DNA from: Candidatus Bathyarchaeota archaeon
GTDB lineage: Archaea; Thermoproteota; Bathyarchaeia; Bathyarchaeales; Bathycorpusculaceae
DNA length: 64,000 nucleotides
Reading direction: 5' to 3'
NCBI GenBank assembly: GCA_963775685.1
Contig: CAVZJV010000014.1
Coordinates: 896,001 to 960,000 of the forward strand
Within the stretch, counting starts at the first letter, position 1. The number at the start of each line of letters is the position of its first letter. The notes under the pieces were generated by a model. That model did not search any database, was not told the origin of the DNA, and saw only the letters and a list, made by a program, of their open reading frames with translations. This document shows, one piece after another, positions 22,320 to 32,729 of the stretch. A program made the translations under genes and the position numbers.

Positions 22320-22362
22320 TGAGGCCAGCCGGATTTGAACCGCCCGACCATTTGGTTTCTTC
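22320..22362 (-). pseudogene. Degenerate tRNA 3'-half remnant
   Basis: Minus strand ...ACCAAATGGTCGGGCGGTTCAAATCCGGCTGGCCTCA has a variable-loop GGTC and T-loop GGTTCAAATCC. The 5' half is missing and the T-stem is mismatched. Confidence 0.5.
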
Positions 22363-22364
22363 GC

Positions 22365-23210
22365 TTAGTTGAATTCTTTTCTTTCGAATAGCACTAAGCC
22401 GATTGCTGTGGTTATGATGAAGTAAAGTCCTATGATGGCGAGTCCTTCGGGGATAGCTGCGTTATAAATGCTAAAGGCGGTCCCAGGGATAGATGTAGCG
22501 TGCGATGGGAAGGGTACGGTTAGTACGTTTCCGATTATTCCTGCGCCGTAGCTTAGCAAGAACCAGGGTTCAATATGAATAAGCAATGAAACCACTAGTT
22601 GGATTATATTGAATGCGAAGAGGAACAGGATGGCGGTGACAAGGATTGAGAAGGAGCTGCTTTTGAAGAGTGAACTGAACAGGAATGTGAAGCCCAGTAC
22701 TGCAACGAGATAGAACCATGAGAAAAGTACTGATTCAACAAATTCTATTGGTACTGCGCCAAAGTAGTAGACGCCGTTGCTAACTGTGATAAGGGTGAAT
22801 ATGCCCAGAATAACAGTGGATGCGATGAATGCGGAAAGCCATTTTCCAATGTAAATTGAAGATCTTCGAATAGGGTTAGGAACCCCAAAATAACCTGTTT
22901 TATTCTGGAATTCTCCTGAGATCGCGTCGCCTCCAAAGAAAACTGCTGAAAGCACAACTACAAAGGTTGCTGTGTTTCCCCACCAACCTGAATAAAACGT
23001 TAGGTTGGAGGCAAGAAATTCTGTTGGTCGGTAGTATCCAACGGCGAATGTGAGAAGTGCACTTATGCTAAGAGTTATTGCTAAAAGAATGAAGAATCTG
23101 CGTGATCTAATGTAGTCAAGTAGGGTGTACTTCATGGTTATGCCCACTTGGGCGATGCTGGTGGGCACGATGTTTTTAGATTCAAAGTTTTTTTGTGTCA
23201 TTTGTATCAC
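22365..23210 (-). CDS. ABC-2 type exporter permease
   Basis: Six TM segments; GGDAISGEFQNKTG...PIRRSSIYIGK. Confidence 0.88.
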   Translation of the reverse strand: MIQMTQKNFESKNIVPTSIAQVGITMKYTLLDYIRSRRFFILLAITLSISALLTFAVGYYRPTEFLASNLTFYSGWWGNTATFVVVLSAVFFGGDAISGEFQNKTGYFGVPNPIRRSSIYIGKWLSAFIASTVILGIFTLITVSNGVYYFGAVPIEFVESVLFSWFYLVAVLGFTFLFSSLFKSSSFSILVTAILFLFAFNIIQLVVSLLIHIEPWFLLSYGAGIIGNVLTVPFPSHATSIPGTAFSIYNAAIPEGLAIIGLYFIITTAIGLVLFERKEFN

Positions 23211-24148
23211 AGCGTGGCTGTTATGAGTTTAAGATAAACTTCTTCGAGTTCCGACGAAGCAGCTTTGTAGCTAACAACGCCAATATTCAACTTAACCATG
23301 TCGCATAGAAGGCGTTCTTGCACTTCTAATCCTCCAGTGAAACTTACTTTGATGTCTTTGTCACTTGTTTTTTCAGCGTTAACCACACAGGGCAAAGCTG
23401 CAATGGTTTGGGTTACGGTTGTGGTGTTGATTGAACGTAGCAAGCCGACTTCTACAACGTTGTTTCCGCCTGAGAACTTGGCGGTTACGTTTGAGAGGGT
23501 GTCGTAAACGATTAGTTTTCCCTGATTTATCATGGCGACTTCGTCGCAGACATCAGAAACCTCACTTAGGATGTGGGAACTCATGAAAATTAAGCGGTTT
23601 TTTCCCTTAAGGGATTTGATGATTTCGCGAACTTCGCTCATTCCTCGGGGGTCAAGGCCAGTGGTTGGTTCATCTAAAAGGATGATGGATGGGTTGCTAA
23701 GCAATGTTGAGGCTATACATATTCTCTGTTTCATGCCTTTAGAAAATTTGCCGACACGCTTGTCTATCCAACCCTCCATGTGTACTTCAGCAACGACTTC
23801 TTCGATGCGGTTTTTCTGCTCGCCATTGGGTACGCCTCGAATCTCTGCAATCATCGTTAAAGCCTCGCGCGGTGTGAGGGAAGCGTAGATTTCGGGGGTT
23901 TCGATGAGTGTGCTTACGTTTTCTAGGGCTTTCTTTTTTTGGGTGTGAACGTTAACGCCGTTTATTAGGGCTTGTCCAGTGGAGGGACGAATTAAATCGG
24001 TGAACATTTTTAGGGTAGTTGTTTTTCCTGAACCGTTGGGTCCCAAGAAACCGACGCATTTTGTGCCTTCAATTTTAAGGTTTAAATCTGAGAGGGCTGT
24101 GAATGTGCCATATTTTTTTGTTAAATTTACTGCTTCAATCGATGGCAT
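23207..24148 (-). CDS. ABC transporter ATP-binding protein
   Basis: GPNGSGKTT, FSKGMKQR, LLDEPT, SSH. Confidence 0.95.
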   Translation of the reverse strand: MPSIEAVNLTKKYGTFTALSDLNLKIEGTKCVGFLGPNGSGKTTTLKMFTDLIRPSTGQALINGVNVHTQKKKALENVSTLIETPEIYASLTPREALTMIAEIRGVPNGEQKNRIEEVVAEVHMEGWIDKRVGKFSKGMKQRICIASTLLSNPSIILLDEPTTGLDPRGMSEVREIIKSLKGKNRLIFMSSHILSEVSDVCDEVAMINQGKLIVYDTLSNVTAKFSGGNNVVEVGLLRSINTTTVTQTIAALPCVVNAEKTSDKDIKVSFTGGLEVQERLLCDMVKLNIGVVSYKAASSELEEVYLKLITATL

Positions 24149-24221
24149 TCTGTTCTACCATAAGATGCGTTAAGGGACGGCGGCTTAAAAGGAACGCTCA
24201 TTGCGGGGGAGTACCAAAACC

Positions 24222-24518
24222 CTATGTTCTCAGGCGCAGCCTTGGAAATTTAAGTTGCCCAACATATTTCATTATCCACGTCACCAAATCGTCGTAGGCT
24301 TCGGAGCCTTCCTTGGTCAAAATTACTAAGCCGCTTTCGTCAACCATAACAAAGCCCTTCTGCAACATCCAAGCCAAATACTTAACAAACTTATCATACG
24401 CCAACCCAGTTGAGGTTGCAAGGGCAGTTTTGTTCATCCTGTTTTTCTCTTTCAACGCCTTGATTATTCGAGCGATGACGTAGAGGTCAGGCTTGGAACT
24501 CTGCTCTCCCAAGCTCAA
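24222..24518 (-). CDS. Winged-helix transcriptional regulator
   Basis: MNKTALATSTGLAYDKFVKYLAWMLQKGFV...LTKEG pattern. Confidence 0.8.
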   Translation of the reverse strand: MSLGEQSSKPDLYVIARIIKALKEKNRMNKTALATSTGLAYDKFVKYLAWMLQKGFVMVDESGLVILTKEGSEAYDDLVTWIMKYVGQLKFPRLRLRT

Positions 24519-25167
24519 AGCTAAACCACCTTAGCTCCCAAAGGAGCATATCTAAAGACTGCACTTCTTTGTAGCGTTTCAAAAGGTCTTTGCCTAGAAA
24601 CAACAGGACTACAAAGAGCGCAATTAATCCTAAACCTAAACTGCTTTCTATGTGTAAATGCGGAAGTATCTGGGTTATAACGCTGACGACAATGCTTAAG
24701 GTGAAGTACGTGATAAACCAGTACGCGCCAGTTTTCAGGAGTCCATAAATGACATAGCTAAGCTTGCCAATGTTGATTTCGTTAAATGTTTCATCCCAAT
24801 CCAACTCCAATAGAATTTCCAAAGCCGCCGGAAACCCTTGCGACAGCGGCTCTTTCCAATCTCCAGTTTTAGCGGAATTTACTCTTTTTCTAACATATAA
24901 AATCCCGCTAACCAAGCCAAGTACAGGAACTAGAAGCAAAAAGAAGCCGATAACAAAATAAAGCGGCCTGTTGAGGTTTTCGTTTACTCCGACGACGGCA
25001 AGCAAGACGCCTAAGCCGATAAAAACTATAATTGAACCTATGATTATTAACGCGAATTTTTTCAGGGAACGCGCTAGAGCATTGTAGCGTTTTATATGGT
25101 CAAGGGTTTCCATGAGATCCGCGACTTTCGAAACCACATTTTCCTCAGTCATCATTGAATCATTCAA
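24487..25167 (-). CDS. Four-TM membrane protein
   Basis: Four hydrophobic segments; overlaps the wHTH gene in one operon. Confidence 0.75.
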   Translation of the reverse strand: MNDSMMTEENVVSKVADLMETLDHIKRYNALARSLKKFALIIIGSIIVFIGLGVLLAVVGVNENLNRPLYFVIGFFLLLVPVLGLVSGILYVRKRVNSAKTGDWKEPLSQGFPAALEILLELDWDETFNEINIGKLSYVIYGLLKTGAYWFITYFTLSIVVSVITQILPHLHIESSLGLGLIALFVVLLFLGKDLLKRYKEVQSLDMLLWELRWFSFELGRAEFQA

Positions 25168-25381
25168 GCAATACTTACCCTATAAATACGCGATTAAATA
25201 ATCAGAGAGCACCTCTTAAGAAATATAAACTGAACTCCCTCCCAATGAGGACTTTTTGGCCGATGTGCGCGGTGTCTGGTTTAGAGAAAAAGATTTTAAC
25301 TTAACGCTTTGTACTTTGAAGCATTGACTAGTAAAGGTTGACTATGCGTGAAGACTGAGTGCCGTTCGAAAGTTAGGTAGG

Positions 25382-25924
25382 TTGTTTGTTATGCCTTTTC
25401 AGAGTGCAGTTGAGTTTGTGGTAATGCGTGTTTTCCGCTTGTTTACAAAATTGCCTTTGAGTGGAATTATGGGTTTGGTTGTGCAGAGAGGAAACTTCAC
25501 GGATTATTTTAAGGGGTTTGAGAAAAATCGTGCGGCCCTTGGAATATTTGGAAAGGAAACCGAGCGGGTCCTGAGGAATCTAAAGGTGGATTTCATCTGG
25601 TTCGGTTATATGGGCGTCAGCGACGAAAATGGACATTTGATGGTGAACAAGCAATATTTAAGCACTGGAAGAAGACTAGACATTTACCTTGATGTTATCC
25701 ATGAGCTCTGCCACGTGAAACAGCACATGGACGGCATGGATCTCTTTGATCCACGCTACGACTATGTGGATAGACCAACAGAAATCGAGGCTTATCGTTA
25801 CGCAGTATTGGAAGCAAAACGCATCGGGCTGAGCGGTGCACAGATTCGCGTCTACCTCAAAACTGAAATGATGAGAGATAAAGCTTTGAACCGACTGATT
25901 AAGAACATGGGGATAGACCTTTAG
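25382..25924 (+). CDS. Putative zincin-like metallopeptidase (start uncertain)
   Basis: HELCH (HExxH) with downstream EIEAY. Confidence 0.6.
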   Translation: MFVMPFQSAVEFVVMRVFRLFTKLPLSGIMGLVVQRGNFTDYFKGFEKNRAALGIFGKETERVLRNLKVDFIWFGYMGVSDENGHLMVNKQYLSTGRRLDIYLDVIHELCHVKQHMDGMDLFDPRYDYVDRPTEIEAYRYAVLEAKRIGLSGAQIRVYLKTEMMRDKALNRLIKNMGIDL

Positions 25925-26029
25925 GAATACCTAATTTTTCTTTTCTATTGCAACTTGGTTAAAAACTTAAGTTTTTAGGGCTGGTGGATTTGAGGACAAT
26001 AGGTGCTCTTAAACTTCATCTCATAAATC

Positions 26030-26450
26030 TGCACTGGGCTGTATTCAATATCGGGGATGCTTGAGTATTTGATTAGCTAATGAAGCTCAGCACGAAGGTG
26101 AATATCCAGATTAATTAAGTGCCTAATCCATGATAAAGGTCTGGAAAGTAGAAGACTGATTCCGAATATGGCTGGAAGTATGATTCCCAATTTGGATACT
26201 TTTCCTTGGTTAAATTGGCCACCCCACATAACTAAAAATAAGGAATAGAACGAAAAATAAGGAAGTGCGCAATTTGAATCCATCCGGGCGGTTCTAACGA
26301 TAATGCAGGTACATAGATATTGAGTGGAGTATACCCTGTGTGAGGACCCTTGGAACATGAATATAGCTAAGGAGTGTGATTCAATCATGCCGGCGCATGT
26401 TGTAAGTTGTTGTTGATTGATTTTTTTTTTGTTGACTTTTTTTTCATGGT
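26030..26450 (-). pseudogene. Degraded DUF998-like membrane protein gene
   Basis: An alternative frame gives GYTPLNIYVPALSLEPPGWIQIAHFLIF, then GKVSKLGIIL; several frameshifts. Confidence 0.45.
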
Positions 26451-26926
26451 TTTAACTTTCCGTCTCTGTCGATGTATTGGAGGTTTTAGAATAAGATTGC
26501 ACGCCGAATACCCTCGTCGTTTATAATATTTTATGATGTGAAGATTCTTCACCTATTATGTGCCGGTTTGTTTTGGAATGGTTGCTTTAAGAGATAACAA
26601 AAAGCTAAATGACACAGAAAACCAAAAAACCAATTGTTACAAACCACACGCTTTTGAGGAATCCCAAAATGAAGTAAAATAGAAGTGACCCTGACCCGAT
26701 TATGTACCAAAATCATAAAAATAATCCCTATCTTTCTCGTCGAAAGAACACTTACAAAATCCACAAAGCATTTGAGAATATTAGGCGGTTAAAATGTATA
26801 TTGGCAGATTCTGTTTTTTCCCGACGCGTTTTATTAAGGTTTAGGATACAGAAAAAGACCCGCAGTTTTCTAGAATAACTGTTAAATACTTAAATTGAGA
26901 GGGATTAGTGTTTTGGAGAGGTTAAG

Positions 26927-27373
26927 GTGGGTGTTCCCGAGAGTTCGGACAATGATCTTTTGAGCGAAGATCGCAAAGCAAGGGTTGAAGCTCAAAAAAA
27001 GTTAATTGAGGAACTCAAATCACAGTGGAAACTTTTGTGGAGCGAGCGATACGACGATAGAGTTAGAGCTGAGGGGGTCTCAGTAAATGATTACGCCATC
27101 CTGGACGTGGAGAAAGGAACCATCATCCATGCAACCAAAGACTTCAAGATCCTGAACCTAAAACAGATCCTTGAAAAACACAAAATCGATAACCCTGAGC
27201 GACATATCCAACCAGACGTTTCTATTGGTGGTTGGAATAAATTCATAAAAACAGAGATACAAGTACAAAAAGGCAGTCGCGCCGCAGCCTATGTTGCGGA
27301 AAAGAAAAAGACGAAAAAAAAACCAGGTCAGCAAACCAAAAAGGGCGGTCGCGGTTGGCTGCACACAGTATAG
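26927..27373 (+). CDS. Hypothetical protein with basic C-terminus
   Basis: 148-aa ORF, GAGAGG RBS and TATA-like box upstream. Confidence 0.7.
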   Translation: MGVPESSDNDLLSEDRKARVEAQKKLIEELKSQWKLLWSERYDDRVRAEGVSVNDYAILDVEKGTIIHATKDFKILNLKQILEKHKIDNPERHIQPDVSIGGWNKFIKTEIQVQKGSRAAAYVAEKKKTKKKPGQQTKKGGRGWLHTV

Positions 27374-27500
27374 AGGTTAGTTAAGCAAATTTAAGCAATC
27401 ACTGCCGACTTTCTTTGCACCAAAACTAATTCTGAAGAAAGGTTAGCTTACTCAAAAGAGGGGACGAGTGAACAGTTGACTCAATGTCAAAGCAATAAAA

Positions 27501-28286
27501 TTATAGAATCGCTTCGGCCATTATTCTTTTTAATATCGTTGCGCCATGCTTCATTTTGAGTTTTTTTTCACCTAATCTCTGGCGGTATTGAATTGGAATT
27601 TCAACTGTTTTGTATCCTTTCTTCTGGACTAGGCTATTTAGTTCTACCTCTATGTCAAAGCCATTGGATTTCAACTTTAAGTCCTTGAGTATTTCTGCTC
27701 GAATGACGCGTAATCCCGTTAGAGGATCGTGAAGGGCTACGCCGTTTAAAATACTATGGCTAAATGCAAGGAGTTTATTTCCCAAATAGAAGCGATTATG
27801 CAAAGCTTTGTTATCTAGTTGTGAATTAAATCGGTTACCACAAACCATACCTATCTCTGGATTATTCTCTAGAATTTCAATCATCTCGGGAACATGTTTA
27901 GCTGGATAGGTAAAATCAGCATCCGTGAGCACTATATAATCTATGTTGGCATTTGTTAGGCTTAGCGCTTTCTCAATGGCGTCTCCTTTACCTTCTCCGT
28001 CTTGAAAGGCAATATCCGCGCCAAGATTTTTTGCCACCTCCACAGTTCTATCGTTGCTGTGCCCATCAACAACCAGTATATGAGGTGAAAAAAGATTATC
28101 CATTAGCTCCGCAATTGTTAGTCCAATTCCCGCCTCTTCGTTTAGAGCCGCAACAATTACCTGAGTTGAGCTAAACTGAGGAGTTTGCCTTTCTAATAGT
28201 GGATATTGAAACTTTGAATCCGAACTTTGGTTCAGGGGCTCTTCTGATGGTTTGAACCTTTTTAGCACTGCCATACCTTGATTCAC
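27501..28286 (-). CDS. GT2 polyprenol-phosphate glycosyltransferase (DPM1-like)
   Basis: AALNEE, VVDGHSNDRT, GKGDA, DADFTYP, DPLTGLR, FDIEVE. Confidence 0.9.
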   Translation of the reverse strand: MNQGMAVLKRFKPSEEPLNQSSDSKFQYPLLERQTPQFSSTQVIVAALNEEAGIGLTIAELMDNLFSPHILVVDGHSNDRTVEVAKNLGADIAFQDGEGKGDAIEKALSLTNANIDYIVLTDADFTYPAKHVPEMIEILENNPEIGMVCGNRFNSQLDNKALHNRFYLGNKLLAFSHSILNGVALHDPLTGLRVIRAEILKDLKLKSNGFDIEVELNSLVQKKGYKTVEIPIQYRQRLGEKKLKMKHGATILKRIMAEAIL

Positions 28287-28941
28287 ACTGCGTACTATTA
28301 ATTACGGTAAATCTTAATTCATTATTAGTAACTTAGCGCTCTTATGCGTATGTGATTGTGAGGTTACAGCAACAAGCTTTGAGATGCTAATTCTCCATGC
28401 AATGTTGGCTTATGGTATTTTTGTCTTCTATCTTTTTAGAGGGTTGTAAAGTTCCCTGTGAGGTTAGGGTTTTGACAGGTATTTCAATGATTGTAGAACT
28501 CGTTTTGAAGGCAAGTTTCACATTCGTTACAAGTGTAAGTTGCAACGCGGAGAAAGGAGTTGTTTAGTTCCTTACTGGGTTTTGTTATCTCGTTTCTGCA
28601 ACCGGATTGTTGCCTTAATTCTCACTTGCTTAGTTTACATAAATCAAATATCAAGGTTCGTTGTCACACCCAAATAGCAGTAACCAAAGCCTGATCAAGA
28701 ATCCTATAGTTTGATATTTTATGAATAAGAGGAAACTTGTATAGATTGCTTGATGTACAACAACAAAACAACAAACTTTAATTTTTAATTACAAAATCTC
28801 AATAGGCTAATGCTGTATTTTTAATTAAATATGTTTAATCTAAAGTACAGCTGCATATCTGCTATTACAGGTTACCATTGTAAAAAGATAACTCATCCTT
28901 TGCCATAGTTGTATTAGAGAACTCTAAGGGGAAAAAAGAAT

Positions 28942-29280
28942 ATGGTTAAAAAAGAAGTGTGGTTCTGCGTAACCCTCATCATCATAGGCACTTTGGACTT
29001 GCTAACAACCATAGTTGGAGTAGTGGTTTTTGGAGCTAACGAAACCAACCCTCTAATTGCAGGATTAGCACAATCAAACATACTATTGTTTAGCGCTGTA
29101 AAGCTCGCGGCAATTACAGTAACTGGATTAGTGTTCTACAAAGCAGAAGCTAAAGCAAAAATCACTAGCCAACTTTCGCCCTTCACAAAAAAGTTTCTAA
29201 ACTCAGGCTACGCCATATGCCTTTTTGCCCTATCGTTTGCAGTCTTGAACAATTTTTCAGCAATAATCAATGTAGCTTAA
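28942..29280 (+). CDS. DUF5658-like small membrane protein
   Basis: LDLLTT...GANETNPL...VKL motif with three TM segments. Confidence 0.65.
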   Translation: MVKKEVWFCVTLIIIGTLDLLTTIVGVVVFGANETNPLIAGLAQSNILLFSAVKLAAITVTGLVFYKAEAKAKITSQLSPFTKKFLNSGYAICLFALSFAVLNNFSAIINVA

Positions 29281-29320
29281 GCTAAAATAAAAAGGGAAGA
29301 TGATAATTTTTTTAGATCAA

Positions 29321-29779
29321 TTATGGGTTTGTTCCTGTGATGTTTATTTGGACGCTGAAGCTTGAGACGTCAACTATGCTTGAAGATACGTGTAGCGTTA
29401 AGGTTGCAGCGACTGATTCGCCTGGATTAATTTTTGTGTCTTCTTTGTTCCAGGTTAAGGTTAAGGGGCCGTTTGCGCCTGAGGACCAATTGCTGGTGGT
29501 CATGCTCAGAGCAAGTGAGAGGCCCTCACCTGTGTTTTTTATATAGATAGTGTGTGTGGTGTTTTCTCCTGGAGTTATCGTGCCCCAGTCTATTGTACTC
29601 AGTGGATGGGTACAACCACTGTCTGAGTACACGTTCAGGTTTGCAGATGTTGTTACTGAACCACTGGTGTTTAGGTTTTGTGTTGTGCTTATGGCTGCAT
29701 AAGTTGTTAAGGTTAATGCGACTGCGATTGTGACTAAAGCCACAACTGCGGCGGTTATTGAGATTTTTATTTTTGGCAT
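29321..29779 (-). CDS. Secreted beta-rich protein, TasA/camelysin-like fibre subunit candidate
   Basis: Signal peptide ending TTYA, N-terminal beta strand, IDWGTITPGE...IYIKNTG motif, no C-terminal anchor. Confidence 0.5.
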   Translation of the reverse strand: MPKIKISITAAVVALVTIAVALTLTTYAAISTTQNLNTSGSVTTSANLNVYSDSGCTHPLSTIDWGTITPGENTTHTIYIKNTGEGLSLALSMTTSNWSSGANGPLTLTWNKEDTKINPGESVAATLTLHVSSSIVDVSSFSVQINITGTNP

Positions 29780-30319
29780 GTGTGTTCCCCGAAAAACCAA
29801 GTTTGTCGTAAGTCTTAATAAACGTTATTAATCAACAATAAACACCTAAAAAAAGAACAACACAAATACACAACATCAATAACACCAGCTACGTGTTCGC
29901 TATCTCCGGTTTGGAGAACGATAACGACACGTTATAAACGGAACAAATGTTGCCTTTAGATTACGCCTTTTTCAACCGGCAGCCTCCTTTAGAGACATAG
30001 TAAGGGCAATTGCATTCAACAATTGAGAAATTTTACCAGTCTCTAGCTCCATGCTTTTGAGGAAATCACCGAACCAATCTTTGTTAGTTTCCGGTGTAGC
30101 TTACATCGACCTGTGGTAGTTCCTTGTACGATTAACTTCCTAAGAATTATAAAAATTCTATTGTGGAAACCGTTAAAGTCATCTATCAAACTTAATTGAT
30201 TACTGTTGAGAAATTGGAGAAATAGAAGTTTTTACCTATTCTCATTGTTCTTTTGTCCATGAATGCGTCTTAAAATCTGCCTAAGCAAATGTGAATGTTG
30301 TGCAAGCAATTTTGTAGCT

Positions 30320-32461
30320 TTAAGACTGCGATTTTTTCATTTTTAGTGCAACGACAGTGACAGCAACTGCAACTATAGATACGACTCCAATTGTCAAACC
30401 AATGAAGAGAAAAACGCTAGAGTTGGTTGGTGCCGTGGTCAGAGTTGGTTCACTGGAAGGAGAAGCTGAAGCCGTTGGAAAAGGGGTTTCTGAAGGCCCC
30501 GAAGTTGCCGTCGGAGACGGCGTAGGGGTTGCGACATGAGAAGGAGTTGGGGTCGGTGGAGGAGTTGGGGTTGGAGTGGAAGTTTGTGCTGGCGACCAAT
30601 TTGCCGTAGCGGTTTTTGGGCCATCCATGACAATAACGTTTGAAGGAGAAGTGTTGCCTGAGGCGCTACCGCTCCATCCGGTGAAAACGTATTGGGTTCC
30701 ACCTGGTCCGGTGGAAGTTGTTGGATTAACTGATGCATAGGCGGATGTGCTGGCGTCATACCAGCCTCCACCCGCAGGGTTGCCGTAAGCTGAAGTGACT
30801 GTTAGATAATACTGGGTTTTCCAAGTCCAAGAAATGCTCGAAGGAGAATTAATAGTAAATACGACATTTGAACTATTGCCGGTTGCTGGAACGCTGCCTG
30901 TACCTGCCCAACCTGAACAGACGTATTGAACTCCGGTTTGAGCCGTTGGAGGAGATGTTTCCACATTAACTGAGGTCCCAGCCGCAAACCAGTTTTCACC
31001 AGCTGCGGGTTGGGTGGTTCCAAGATTTGTGACGACAGTTAATTTGTATTCGGTATTCCATAGAGCAGTCTCTGTAATGGGGCCATTCATCGTAAGGACA
31101 ACAGGGTTAATAGTTCCGGTGTAGCTGTTTGCTCCCAAACCAGTCCAACCAGTCCATGACCCACGTGTGTCTGCTGAAGTAGGAGATACCGCAGTTATTG
31201 TAACCGGGGTTCCAGCTTTATACCAATATTCCCCTGCTGGCGGAGTGGAGGTCCCGGAAGTAGAATAGAGCGTTAACTTATATTCATGTGTCCAAAATGC
31301 AGTTTCAGTAACGTTACTGTTTATAGTGATGGTTACGTTATTGCTGGTTCCATTGTAACTTGAGGCGCCTGAGCCTGTCCAGTTAAGCAAGGTGAATCGT
31401 TCATCAGCTCCCGCGGTTGGAGGAGTAGCAACTATTGTTACGTTGGTTCCTGCCGTGTACCAATGCTCCTCCCCCGCTGAGGGCGCTGTGATCCCATAGT
31501 TCGTTGATAAAGTCAGCTTATACATTGGATTGAAATTAGCCGTAACAGTCTTGTTGCTATTCATAGTAATATTTTGAGAGCTGATATTGCCACTTAAGGC
31601 TCCGCTCCAAGAGCTAAACGTCCAGCCGTCATCAGCTTTAGCGGTTAAATTAACCACAGCACCAGAAGGATACGCAACTTTGTCAGGAAGTTTAGCCACC
31701 AGTCCATGCCCATCATAGTTTATCGTTAACGAATAACCCAGAAGCTTAACCAAAGCAGTATACCAGACATCCGCCATCTTTTCATATCCTGCAAAGTTTG
31801 GATGAATCCCATCCGAAGACATATCCGTAGAATAGTTCAATGCATTCTCCATGTCCACAACGACTATTTTATCACCATTGGCAATGCGGGCTTGAGCCAT
31901 TGCTTGGAGTGCAACATCAAAAGATTTGGTGGTATCATTCCAATCAACTCTATCACTTCGCAAAACAATACTTGCAAGAATAACTGTAACTGATTGACTG
32001 TTATCAAATTCCCACTGTTTAATTTTGTCGAGTGTAGCTGCGACTTCGATAACTACATCGGCAGCATTTTGTCCACTCTGGATATCGTTAGTTCCAATGT
32101 GGAGCAAAACAATGTCGGGAGGATTACTATTGAGCCAGCTGATTACACCATCTCTTATTTGATTTGCCTCAAAGCCCATATGCCCTTCATTATCGGTGTC
32201 AAAACCCGTTCCATTCTTCTGGGAGCCAACAAAATCCACACTAAAGCCAGAGTTGTTCAAATCCAAAAAAAGACTTCCTCTATAACCATCCAACCCTGGA
32301 TAACCTACAGTTATCGAGTCACCCAAAGGCATTACCTTTACAATGGCAGGAAAAGCTTTAGCTTCGGGGACAAAGAAAGAAAGAGTAGCCAACACTACAA
32401 AAATAGCTATAAAACATAATAGTTTCCGAGAGTTTAGTCCAATCAAAACTGCATCGCCCAT
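30320..32461 (-). CDS. Membrane-anchored SGNH/GDSL hydrolase with tandem beta repeats and PT stalk
   Basis: GDSIT, HIGTND, DGIHP catalytic blocks; repeats of type YKLT...P.AGE.WY.AGT; PT linker; C-terminal TM plus basic tail. Confidence 0.88.
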   Translation of the reverse strand: MGDAVLIGLNSRKLLCFIAIFVVLATLSFFVPEAKAFPAIVKVMPLGDSITVGYPGLDGYRGSLFLDLNNSGFSVDFVGSQKNGTGFDTDNEGHMGFEANQIRDGVISWLNSNPPDIVLLHIGTNDIQSGQNAADVVIEVAATLDKIKQWEFDNSQSVTVILASIVLRSDRVDWNDTTKSFDVALQAMAQARIANGDKIVVVDMENALNYSTDMSSDGIHPNFAGYEKMADVWYTALVKLLGYSLTINYDGHGLVAKLPDKVAYPSGAVVNLTAKADDGWTFSSWSGALSGNISSQNITMNSNKTVTANFNPMYKLTLSTNYGITAPSAGEEHWYTAGTNVTIVATPPTAGADERFTLLNWTGSGASSYNGTSNNVTITINSNVTETAFWTHEYKLTLYSTSGTSTPPAGEYWYKAGTPVTITAVSPTSADTRGSWTGWTGLGANSYTGTINPVVLTMNGPITETALWNTEYKLTVVTNLGTTQPAAGENWFAAGTSVNVETSPPTAQTGVQYVCSGWAGTGSVPATGNSSNVVFTINSPSSISWTWKTQYYLTVTSAYGNPAGGGWYDASTSAYASVNPTTSTGPGGTQYVFTGWSGSASGNTSPSNVIVMDGPKTATANWSPAQTSTPTPTPPPTPTPSHVATPTPSPTATSGPSETPFPTASASPSSEPTLTTAPTNSSVFLFIGLTIGVVSIVAVAVTVVALKMKKSQS

Positions 32462-32729
32462 TGTGAACGCTTCAGAATAATACCATAATGATTTTCTAAG
32501 TTATAGTTCAAAACTTTAGTTTTCGAAGAATGTATTACCACATCTGAATTTGCTATTAAGCCACGCTTGTTTTCTGCTGCTACAGGATTGGTTTGTCCCA
32601 CTAGAGCAAGCATTGAAGAGGCTGAGAACTTTTTCATAAAGTTAACTCCGTAGATTGATCTTATATTGCTTATCCATTTTCGTTTCTCATTACTTGCGTT
32701 AGATTAACACTTGAATAACAACCCATAGG

